From Octopus sinensis (Eukaryota): a stretch of DNA of 23,973 nt. The notes below the pieces were generated by a model. That model was not told the origin of the DNA and made no database searches. It was given only the letters and a program-made list of their open reading frames with translations. The translations under genes and the position numbers were made by a program. The stretch lies in the NCBI RefSeq assembly GCF_006345805.1, contig NW_021836499.1:1-23973 (forward strand), given 5' to 3'. Shown piece by piece: positions 10,858-20,925 of the stretch; position 1 is the first letter of the stretch; each line of letters starts with the position of its first letter.

Positions 10858-11246
10858 TCTCTCTATATATAAAGCTGAAGTTGTCTGTGTATGGCAGGTT
10901 TGGTAGCCTTCAACTAACACTATCTCCTCCGAGACCCTGCGGCGCAAGTTGACCAAAATTGAGATTACGATAGAAGAAGGCTTGCTCTTCCTTCCGTAGA
11001 AAAAATTCAAATCGGATCATGTTAACACCGAAAATTATTTACATCAAATAGGTACTTTTTTTCTATGAAAATCCCTATTTTTTACGATTTTTGACTAGTT
11101 GTGTCGCCATTTTTCGGTGTATTTCAACCAGAAAAATGTTCACTTAAAGAGAATAACAAGCTACATAATGCAAAATTTTTACTTTTCAAAAATTCCAATT
11201 CTGAAGGGTCGAAACAAATCCGAGCAACGCCGGGCGATACTGCTAG
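10858..11246 (+). mobile_element. Non-autonomous Helitron (~389 bp)
   Basis: 5' end A|TCTCTCTATATATAAAG and 3' end GCAACGCCGGGCGATACTGCTAG|T, i.e. a GC-rich subterminal palindrome plus CTAG. Inserted between A and T with no TSD. Confidence 0.85.
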
Positions 11247-11285
11247 TATTAATACAAAGTAAAGCTATAAAAAACACGCATAAGT

Positions 11286-11730
11286 ATGATCTGGTTTAAT
11301 TCACCGTATAACATTCTCAAGTCTCACGCAGAAGCACTTTTCAACAGACTTACTTGCATGATGGCAAATGTTTCGGTAAGAAGTTGGTAGACTGTGCAAA
11401 AGGAAAGTAAGCAGACTTCAGAAACAAACTTATTTACGCTTGACGGAACGCAGTTTTAGGAGCAGATATACATAGTGCACATATTTTTAGGTGCTCGAGA
11501 AAAACAAACATACACCTTTTATATAAGACAGCGAACGACTAAAAGATGACGGTATCCATACACACTTTAAGATACCGTGGTAAGCAGTAGAATTTGCCAA
11601 GCTATATTCTGAAAGACTTGGACATTGCTGTATGTGTAACTCTTAAAAAGCTTCATGTTAACGTCCGCACACAACTTGTTGAATTCTAGGAATGAGCTAG
11701 TTTCGAAATGAAGTCACCAAAACAAATTTG
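11286..11730 (+). pseudogene. Penelope-like element coding remnant 2 (linker to the GIY-YIG C-terminus)
   Basis: MIWFNSPYN at 11286; AKLYSERLGHCCMCNS; LLNSRNELVSK*SHQNKF at 11676-11729. The last motif matches the recalled PLE C-terminal LLNxRxELxSKCRHxNKF. Confidence 0.65.
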
Positions 11731-12725
11731 TTTGACGGAAATTTATTCTACTTCTAGGCTGAACATAATGTAATTTCTATGGGTGAAATTTCTTCGAAAT
11801 CTCCGATCTTTGTTTTTCATTTCAAGTTCCTTAAAGTTCTTATAAATCCTATCGTATGAATATTTAGAATTCTCTTTCCTAACTCATATTTTACGTAAAA
11901 GACTTTCTGGTAGCTGTTATACAAATTTATTTCGCAGGAATCTAAACAGTTAGAAAACCCTTTTGCATATAACTAGAAAGCTAACTCAAATTTGTCGATT
12001 GGAACCTACCTGTTAACCCTTTTTTTATATAATTTATTTGTTTTATTTAAGTATCGATCAGTTGTTTTTCTTGTGGTGTCTATATATGCCACTCTTCGCT
12101 TCACCATTTTCCGGTTTATATTTCTTTTTCTCTCTTTGAATATATGAAAATGTCACGTAATGAATAGAGAGAAACACAGCGTATTTTTTAGCCTTTTTTC
12201 TGCAACTAATCAAATCTCGATGCAATGATGACTTTTCATATTGCTATGTGTTTGTAAATATTTTTGCTCATAAATTACTGGGATCTTTTTCAGTTTCAAT
12301 CGCTCGAACAACTAAAGAAGTAAAATATAAAATTAATATTAAAGAAACTTCTTACAAAATATAGATAATTATATAGGGGAAGACAACTCGTGACCGAATA
12401 CGACTACTTCCTAAACTCAGTATGACTGTACAGAGGTCCTGAAAGTCCGAGAAACTCATTTGCGTGAATTTCTTTTTAATGGATAAAATGCTGCACAACA
12501 CTGAACCCTGCTTTCAGTCCTACGAACTATAAAACAAGAAGCACAACATACGTTGAGGCGACCAGAAACCAATTGCATTTCAGGTCTTTTTTTCTGCTTT
12601 TACCTTCTCCTAGAAGAAAGTTCTAGCGAGAGTACGGGTCCTTCACTCCTAGTAGTTCACAAGCTAGTTAACCTATAACTGGCACCCTAACAGGTCTACT
12701 AATCCGAGCCGAAGTAGACTTGCGA

Positions 12726-12791
12726 ACAATAGTAGTTTAAACTGGATTTGGTACTTATATATCTACCAAATCCAGTTTAAACTACTATTGT
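12726..12791. repeat. Perfect 28-bp inverted repeat with a 10-nt spacer
   Basis: ACAATAGTAGTTTAAACTGGATTTGGTA - CTTATATATC - TACCAAATCCAGTTTAAACTACTATTGT. Confidence 0.95.
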
Positions 12792-12804
12792 GTGTGTGTG
12801 TGTT

Positions 12805-12890
<86 letters not shown>

Positions 12891-12895
<5 letters not shown>

Positions 12896-13465
12896 AAATC
12901 AAATTGCGATAAAATAAAAATAATTATAATCGCTGGTATTACTAACACAAGCCATATATTTTCCATATATCAGTACATTAAGGCGAAATATGTGCTAGGA
13001 ACACAGAAGCTTGATAAATTAAGTGAAATGAAGATAAAAACATTTACTAACTCGGTTATTCTCAGACTGCAGTTTCTTTCTTTTCATCAATAAAGATAAT
13101 TTATTTGCTCAGGGAGAATTCGTCAGTGAGAGCCCTGTTTTTCTGAGATCCTAACTCACTAGGAGCATGTGCTTCTAATGATTTACTCTCTCTAACTAAT
13201 CATATCACTGCGCAGACTCCGAACGTCCCGACAAAACTAGGGATTTCTGGTATATCGTCTAGCGCTCATAATTTATCGAGAAATATGTAAACAAATCAAA
13301 TTGCGATAAAATAAAAATAATTATAATCGCTGGTATTACTAACACAAGCCATATATTTTCCATATATCAGTACATTAAGGCGAAATATGTGCTAGGAACA
13401 CAGAAGCTTGATAAATTAAGTGAAATGAAGATAAAAACATTTACTAACTCGGTTATTCTCAGACT
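12891..13465 (+). repeat. Two identical 178-bp direct repeats (12891-13068 and 13288-13465) around a 219-bp spacer
   Basis: TAAACAAATC...CTCAGACT compared base by base; no differences seen. (TA)n tracts lie on both outer flanks. Confidence 0.93.
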
Positions 13466-13480
13466 TATTATATATATATA

Positions 13481-13708
13481 TATATATACCAATTAAGGAC
13501 TGAACACGAAAAGTGGACAGTCAACATGCTAGATATAGACGTCAAATCGCCATTCACCACAAAGATTATGTTCTCAGATCAACTCAACACAACTTTGTGT
13601 TGAGTTTGATCTGAGAACATAATCTTTTGTGGTGAATGGCGATTTGACGTCTATATCTAGCATGTTGACTGTCCACTTTTCGTGTTCAGTCCTTAATTGG
13701 TATATATA
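13481..13708. repeat. Near-perfect 228-bp palindrome
   Basis: Arms of ~112-114 bp around a 2-nt centre (CT, 13593-13594). The only differences seen are two 1-nt homopolymer length changes. Confidence 0.95.
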
Positions 13709-13962
13709 AATATTTTAATCTTCGGATTCTTTTTTAATATGCTAGACCACTGGTCTTAATTGATAAATATCAATTTCTACCCTTAATTAATATTATATAT
13801 ATATATATATATACAAACACACACACACATATATAGATTAGTTATAGGATTCTTTAGAAATTAGGTACATCAACACTTAGGCTGCCACAAATGGCTAGTT
13901 ACAATAACAAAAGGTTCATAGTGAGGTAAAATAAACTTGGAAGTATCATGTGTTGCTAGGAT

Positions 13963-14174
13963 TGGTTGGTTGGCATCCTTTCTGTCTCGGGAGACAATGG
14001 AGTTGCGCATGAAGTAGTCTAGTCCGGCTTTTATATTTCACGTCCTGATACATTTCCTGCTGTGGCTGTGTAGTCCTATCCTGGACAAACACTCCCTCTG
14101 GCAGGTACCGCAAATGTAGCGAAGACTGTTCCTGGCTGGTTGTAGTGCCATAGTCTCTTGTTTACGTCTCTTCC
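13963..14174 (-). mobile_element. 5'-truncated RTE-clade LINE 3' end with 10-bp TSD
   Basis: The minus strand encodes ...YICGTCQRECLSRIGLHSHSRKC* (RTE C-terminal zinc finger, stop at 14038-14040), followed by an RTE-type 3' UTR TCCATTGTCTCCCGAGACAGAAAGGATGCC and an (AACC)n tail. TSD TTGCTAGGAT at 13953-13962 and 14175-14184. Confidence 0.88.
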
Positions 14175-14286
14175 TTGCTAGGATACTGTAGATATATAAG
14201 TACCAAATCCAGTTTAAACATTAGATCCAACTCAGGCCTGATTCTAGGTGCGGTGTAGGGATAAAAAATAAGAACACAAATGGGGG

Positions 14287-14383
14287 TTTAAAATTTACGA
14301 CAGCTGTTTCGGTAGAAGTTTCTTGATGCATTCATAGATTACATAATAACATATAATCCACCATCTTCAGATAAAATTTTAAA
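14287..14383 (-). ncRNA. Type I hammerhead ribozyme motif, core intact (GUC site)
   Basis: Minus strand: UUUAAAAUUUUAU-CUGAAGA-U-GGUGGA...UCUACC-GAAAC-AGCU-GUC-GUAAAUUUUAAA. Stem I is 12 bp with one bulge, stem II is 6 bp, and stem III is minimal with a palindromic loop. Predicted cut between 14299 and 14298. Confidence 0.75.
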
Positions 14384-14505
14384 TAGGTATAAACAGGTGA
14401 GATAAAACCTCGATGATGACGTATCCAACCAACATTTATGGATACATCAAAAATGTTGGTTGGATTCGTCATCAGCAGAGTATTGTCTCACCTGTTTATA
14501 CTTGC

Positions 14506-14602
14506 TAAAAATTTTACCTGAAGATGGTGGATTGTATGTTATGATGTAATCTATGAATAAATCAATAAACATTCTACCGAAACACTGGCCGTGAGTTTTA
14601 AA
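14506..14602 (+). ncRNA. Type I hammerhead motif, degenerate copy
   Basis: CUGAAGA (14518-14524)-U-GGUGGA...UCUACC-GAAA (14579-14582), but stem III and the cleavage site read CACUGGCC instead of CAGCUGUC. Confidence 0.6.
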
Positions 14603-14659
14603 CCCAGTTTATGCTCTCTTTTGAGCATATATATTTGTATATGTATATAAACATGTATA

Positions 14660-14798
14660 TATGTGTATCTATACATACATGCATACATACATACATATAT
14701 ACATACATACATACATACATACATACATACATACATACATACACACATACGTAAGTACGTACGTACATGTGTGTGTGTGTGTGTGTATACATATATAT
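14660..14798. repeat. (TACA)n/(TG)n microsatellite
   Basis: Seen directly in the sequence. Confidence 0.95.
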
Positions 14799-15072
14799 AG
14801 GAGTAGGAGTGGCTGTGTGATAAGTAGTTTGCTTACCAACCACATGGTTCCGGGTTCAGTCCCACTGCGTGGCACCTTGGGCAAGTGTCTTCTATTATAG
14901 CCTCGAGCCAACCAAAGCCTTGTGAGTAGATTTGGCAAAAGAACCGACAGAATAAGTACTAGGCTTACAAAGAATAAGTCCTTGGGCCGATTTGCTCGAC
15001 TAAAAGCGGTGCTCCAGCGTGGCCACAGTCAAATGACTGAAACAAGTAAAAGTGTAAAAGAGCAAAAGAGTA
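14799..15072 (+). mobile_element. SINE family A with an internal deletion of the microsatellite module
   Basis: The head is joined directly to the 3' module at GTAGATTTGG|CAAAAG (~14935). Confidence 0.9.
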
Positions 15073-15153
15073 TACACACACACATACAATACATATTTTA
15101 TATACAAACATACATCATATATTTTATTTATGCGTGTATGAGTATATATATAC

Positions 15154-15317
15154 AGGCGCAGGAGTGGCTGTGTGGTAAGTAGCTTGCTAACCAACCATAT
15201 GGTTCCGGGTTCAGTCCCACTGCGTGGCATCTTGGGCAAGTGTCTTCTGCTATAGCCCCGGGCCGACCAATGCCTTGTGAGTGGATTTGGTAGACGGAAA
15301 CTGAAAGAAGCCTGTCG

Positions 15318-15350
<33 letters not shown>

Positions 15351-15541
15351 TTGTGTGTCTGTGTTTGTCCCCTTAGCATTGCTGGTGTGTTTACGTCCCC
15401 GTCACTTAGCGGTTCGGCAAAAGAGCCCGATAGAATAAGTACTGGGCTTACAAGAATAAGTCCCGGAGTCGATTTGCTCGACTAAAGGCGGTGCTCCAGC
15501 ATGGCCGCAGTCAAATGACTGAAACAAGTAAAGAGTAAAGA

Positions 15542-15544
<3 letters not shown>
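15154..15544 (+). mobile_element. SINE family A, near full length
   Basis: Head, internal (TA)n(TG)n, 3' module and GAGTAAAGAGTA tail, followed by (TA)n. Confidence 0.95.
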
Positions 15545-15581
<37 letters not shown>

Positions 15582-15944
15582 TCACATACATCGTATATAT
15601 ACATGTATGTGAATTGTTTTCTATTGATTTGTATCGAACCGCCAAGCCTGAACGATAAATAAACGGTAATATCAACTTCCCCCATTCTGCTTAACACCTT
15701 GATCTATTCTACCTCTAAACTATTTAAATTATTCACCCATTTTAATTATAATGACGTCGGATATTATTTAGGTTGTTCTTCTGGGAACAAATAATTCTGT
15801 CGCACATTTTAGCATTGAGCAAGAAAAAAAATACAAGAATTACGGAATTTATGACCCATTACAGAATTAAGATCGTGCCTTAACTCTATAGGAGCAGTGA
15901 TGAAGGCGTGGTTAAGAAGGTTGAAGCCAATGGTGATTTTATTC

Positions 15945-16050
15945 CATAAACCACATGGTTCCGGGCAAGTCTCTTCTACGATAGTTCCAGGTTAATCAAA
16001 GCTTTGTGAGTGGACTTGGTAGACAGAAACTGTGGGAAAATTTGTCGTGT
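15945..16050 (+). mobile_element. Old family A-like SINE 5' fragment
   Basis: AACCACATGGTTCCGGGCAAG...TGTGAGTGGACTTGGTAGACAGAAACTG. Confidence 0.7.
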
Positions 16051-16101
16051 GTGTGTGTGAGTGTGTGTGTGTGTGAGTGTGTGTGTGTGTGTGTGTGTGT
16101 A

Positions 16102-16313
16102 TACTCTTTTACTTGTTTCAGTCATTTGACTGCGGCTTTGCTGGAGCACCTCCTTTAGTCGAGCAAATCGACCCCAGGACTTGTTCTTTGTCAGCCTAGT
16201 ACTTATTCTATCGGGCTCTTTTGCTGAACCGCTAAGTTACAGGGACGTAAACACACCAGCACCGGTTGTCAAGCGATGTTGGGGGAACAAACACAGACAC
16301 ACAAACATATACG

Positions 16314-16346
<33 letters not shown>

Positions 16347-16359
16347 ACACCTACACACC

Positions 16360-16403
<44 letters not shown>

Positions 16404-16634
16404 CAAATGAGAAAATGGAGAAACATACGTAATATATATATATATGTATATACATATACATATATACGACGGGCTTCTTTCAGTTTCCGTCTACCAAATC
16501 CACTCACAAGGCTTTGGTCGGCCAGAGGCTATATATAGTAGAAGACACTTGCCCAAGATGCCACACAGTGAGACTGAATCCGGAACCATGTGGTTGGTAA
16601 GCAAGCTACTTAGCACACAACCACTCCTGCCCCT
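16102..16634 (-). mobile_element. SINE family A with an expanded internal microsatellite
   Basis: Reverse complement of family A, with ~160 bp of TA/CA repeats between the two modules. Confidence 0.93.
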
Positions 16635-16667
16635 ATATGTATGTATGTATGTATGTATTATCTACGT

Positions 16668-16710
<43 letters not shown>

Positions 16711-17777
16711 TGTGTGTGTGTGTAAGAGAGAGCGAATATTTGTGTTTGTTTCCCACCACCAACTTGAAAACCAGAATTGTGAAGAGAAATCCTTAAAATT
16801 TAAAATAAACACTCGGACGTATCTGGATCAATTTGAATTGTCCAAAGAAATATGTTTCGAAAGTTTTATGGTGAAAATAGAGAAATTACGTCACTTAATT
16901 TATTAAGGAGAACGTAATATTTCGAAAGAATTTGCGCAGTATAAATTGCATGTTACCCATCTTCCCTGGTTCTGTTTTCCAGTCTCGATGATAGACCAAA
17001 AGATGTATCATTTACTTTTGGGTTTAAAGATGGTGAATATAAATTGTCAGTGAAGTAGATTTGCACTCACTATTAGAAAAAGTGTTTATATGCGCCAAGA
17101 AACGGCACTCAAAATGAATCGAAGCCCCGATGCATATTTTAGCGTTATTGTGGTGTGTCGGTGCACTTATATACAGCAGTGTAACGCAAAGTGTGACCAG
17201 TCAAGGGGCAATTAATGGTTATTCTACAATTACATTTTTTCATGAAGTCTCAATATATCCAACGTAGAGGATTTACGGTTAAATTTATTCTTCAGAAGGA
17301 GTGGGAAAATGCGATTCATCTAGTAGTATAACTGTATTTAAGAGCATTGAAATTTCGTGTTTATGTGTTCATAATAAGTACTACTAGCTTGATGTTCATT
17401 ACCACATCAGTATGCGTTCTGTAATACATATTATAGCACCGACCAGTAGTCGAATGTTTTAAACAGCTGTAAAGAACAAAAGCTATTTAGGAATAACTTT
17501 TTGTTCTGCTAGTTATATGAGTACTTTTGTTTCCATAATATCGTTTGTAAATGATATGATATAATGACATATATACGTTTTTCTACACCTTTTATTATTT
17601 TTTTTAATCACATGTTTATGCTATACAGTTCTTATCACTAACTCGTGTTCTGTAGAATAGATTTTATTCTGATTAGGAAGTTGGATATTTAGAGTTTTGT
17701 ATCTTCTTAAGTACTTAACCATTCTTCAGCTATTATGTGGTTATACTAGCATCTTTTCACCCATTTGTGTATATTGC

Positions 17778-17930
17778 ACATACATACATACATACATACA
17801 TACATACATACATGCATACATACATACATACATACATACATACATACATACATACATACAGACAGACAGACAGACAGATTGCATATATACATACGTACGT
17901 ACATACATACATGCTTACATACATACATAC
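17778..17930. repeat. (TACA)n/(CAGA)n microsatellite
   Basis: Seen directly in the sequence. Confidence 0.95.
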
Positions 17931-18410
17931 GTAAATATATATTCAATATCACAGCATTTTTCCTACTTTCAGTTTGTTTGTTTTTTTTTAATGGCATATC
18001 AGTTTTAGAGAATCCTTAATACTTGAGATTCTCTCCCCTTCTCATTTATAGTTGATACCAATTGCCACAAACTGATTTATCTACCTTCTGCGGATACAGA
18101 AATAATTTCAAGGGAAAGAGAATTTATCCTGTAATGTTGTTTGGCTTTGTAGTTCAGGAACAGGACTCCACCTGCACTGAGTTATTCCTCTTTGCCGTTT
18201 TCATCTTTATATTTTTATGTGAAATGTACACACGCACGCACGCACACACACACACACACACACACACAACACACACACACACATACATATAAACATACAT
18301 GCATACATACATACTGCATATCAATGTATATTTGATGATAACAATATTCTACAAATCGATGTGTGTGTGTGTTGTCTGTATCTATGCATATATATGTATG
18401 TGTGAACTAT

Positions 18411-19290
18411 TCTGATCAATAAGTATCCGGACTGTTGCCATAGTAATGAAGCTTAAGCATGCGGAGTGAAGCCGTTTGGTACAGATTGACCTTCAACTCT
18501 GCTGTGCATGTGCCTTATGTTTTAATGTTCTAGCTCATTTCCGCTATTTACAGCAGTGCTTGGAAGGAAGGTGTGTAGCGTGTGATCGTCTTATTGACCA
18601 TGGTAGAGAAAATTGAGCAAGGAATCTGCATCAAATTTTGCCAAAAGCTGATCAGAGGCCTACGCAAAGTTTTCGGTGAGTTTCCATCGTTCTCAATACA
18701 ATGAAGAAGATCTTGGGCAACTGAAACCCGAGTGTCTTTTCGGTTAGCTGAAAGCAGTTTTGGCACAAACTTGGCCAACCTCGCTTCTCATACCAAAATC
18801 TTCAGTGATAATGGACTGAACTGAACTGTAACTAATCTGCATATCCTCTGATAACTTATGGATCGTGATTCAACAATTTCCCCTCTCAGCTGCATGCACA
18901 TCTGCAATGTTTTTCTCAGTTCTGCTGGTTGTGGGTCTCCCAGAACGTTTATCAATTTTGACATTTTTTCGGCCATCTTGGAAACGTCTGAACAACTCAT
19001 ACACTTGCGTGCGGTTCATACACTCCTCTCCATACACTTTTTGCAACTTTGCATATTCCTCTGAACAGGTATCGCCATGAGAACTTTCTCTGTCATTGTC
19101 AATGTGATGATCACACGCTACACACTTTCCTTCCAAGCACTGCTATAAACAGCAGAAGAGAGCTAGAACGTTAAAACTTAGTGCACATGCACAGCAGAGT
19201 TCAAGGCTAATCTATGCCATGTGGCTTTACTCTGCATGCTTTAGCTTTGTTACTATAGCAACTGTCCGGATACTTATTGATCAGACCTTA
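18411..19290. mobile_element. Mariner derivative made of two inverted left (5') ends
   Basis: TIR CTGATCAATAAGTATCCGGAC at both ends, with TA at 19291-19292. The inverted similarity extends ~200 bp into the start of the transposase. The minus strand encodes GDTCSEEYAKLQKVYG...FRRFQDGR...RSGRPTT...AKFVPKLLS, and the plus strand encodes MVEKIEQGICIKFCQKL. Confidence 0.85.
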
Positions 19291-19301
19291 TATATATATT
19301 T

Positions 19302-19349
<48 letters not shown>

Positions 19350-19525
19350 CACACACACACACACACATGCACACACATATATGCTGATATATATACATGT
19401 AGATATAGATATGTAAATGTATAAACGTATATACATATATATCTATATATATATATATATTATATATATATATATTATATATATATATATATATATAATA
19501 TATGTGATATATATATATATAGTAA
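19291..19525. repeat. Compound (TA)n/(GATA)n/(CA)n microsatellite
   Basis: Seen directly in the sequence. Confidence 0.95.
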
Positions 19526-19887
19526 ATAATATAATTTAAAGAAGAAACAGAAATTAGATAATTATCTTGTATATATGACATACATTAATACAAGAAATAC
19601 ATTAAGACATTCAGAACATTTTAAAAGTATTATTTAAGAATATAATAGAAATAAGAAATATATGGTATAAGAATGTGCATAAAAATATAAGCAAGGAAAT
19701 ATTTGATATGTAGAGTGTTATAGCGAATATAAGAAAACCTTATTAGAAATTAAAAATTAATAATTAAAAGTTAGAAATTACATTGACGGCAGTGAGAAAC
19801 ATTAATGAGGAATTCAAAAGTCAGAGAAATATATTTGTTTTAAGAGTTCTAAAAAATATATACCGGGTTATAATAACAGGTAAGAGG

Positions 19888-19979
19888 TTTTTCTACAACC
19901 GTTTCAGGTGTCCATTTGCCCTGGTAAGGTGTGAATTTTATAATTCACATATAGACAATGTCCCCTTCATCAGGAAAAT
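19888..19979 (-). ncRNA. Type I hammerhead ribozyme motif (GUA site)
   Basis: Minus strand: AUUUUC-CUGAUGA-AGGGG...CACCU-GAAAC-GGUU-GUA-GAAAAA. Stem I is 5 bp. Stem II has one G-A mismatch and encloses a GUGAAUU/AAUUCAC hairpin. Confidence 0.7.
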
Positions 19980-20277
19980 GCTATTATGAATAGATGTAAT
20001 TTGTGCATTTAGGAATTTTACAATATTCTTAAATTGTATCATTCGGGTGTATTGAATAAATTTTCTGATACGATTCATTCGTGTGCTCACAAATTTCATC
20101 AACCTTCATGAAGCCCCATAAAGCACGGTTTAATAAATAGTGAGTTTTGCATTCTTATTTCTCTTTTACTATTCATTATTACCCAAAATACTTAATAATA
20201 TATTAAAATAACATATTTATAATTTCTTTAAATTTCTGCTTACCTTTCATTCCTAAAACCAAAAATTTTTTACATTT

Positions 20278-20441
20278 AGGCGTAGGAGTGGCTGTGTGGT
20301 AAGTAGCTTGCTTACCAACCACATGGTTCCGGGTTCAGTCCCACTGCATGTCACCTTGGGCAAGTGTCTTCTACTATAGCCTCGGGCCGACCAAAGCCTT
20401 GTGAGTGGATTTGGTAGACGGAAACTGAAAGAAGCCCGTCG

Positions 20442-20472
<31 letters not shown>

Positions 20473-20710
20473 ATGTGTGTGTGTTGTGTGTATGTTTGTG
20501 TGTCTGTGTTTGTCCCCCCCAACATCGCTTGACAACAGATGCTGGTGTGATTACATCTCAGTAACATAGCAGTTCGGCAAAAGAGACTGATAGAATAAGT
20601 ACTAGGCTTACCAAGAATAAGTCCTGGGGTCGATTTGCTCGACTAAAGGCATTGCTCCAGCATGACCGCAGTCAAATGACTGAAACAAGTAAAAGAGTAA
20701 GAGAGTAAAG
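20278..20710 (+). mobile_element. SINE family A, full length, lying between the two hammerhead arms
   Basis: Complete head, modules and tail. Confidence 0.95.
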
Positions 20711-20832
20711 GAGATATATAAGCATGACTCATTATAAAAACAGTCAATATCTAACTCCATAACTGGTGACCACAATACTGTAACCTTAAATGAAGTTCCC
20801 TTACTCTATATCTTCTTTCTAACCTTGCTCTC

Positions 20833-20925
20833 TATTTTCCTGATGAAGGGGACATTGTCTACACAGGAATTATAAAATTCACAACTTACCAGGGCAAATG
20901 GACTCCTGAAATGGCTGTAGAAATA
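20833..20925 (+). ncRNA. Type I hammerhead ribozyme motif (GUA site)
   Basis: UAUUUUC-CUGAUGA (20840-20846)-AGGGG...CUCCU-GAAA (20908-20911)-U-GGCU-GUA-GAAAUA. A U.G wobble occupies position 15.2-16.2. Confidence 0.68.

Larger units (their letters stand above)
14284..14605. mobile_element. 322-bp fold-back element; each arm carries a hammerhead motif
   Basis: Arms 14284-14437 and 14451-14605 are reverse complements with scattered mismatches, separated by a 13-nt loop. Confidence 0.85.

Noticed and set aside
11730-12720. Possible decayed LINE or other coding sequence on the minus strand
   Set aside because: No diagnostic motif could be read with confidence.
18025-18180. Polypyrimidine+AG acceptor-like sites at 18051 (+) and on the minus strand near 18100, suggesting a small host exon
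   Set aside because: There is no convincing donor, the open frames are short and unrecognisable, and it cannot be supported without RNA-seq.
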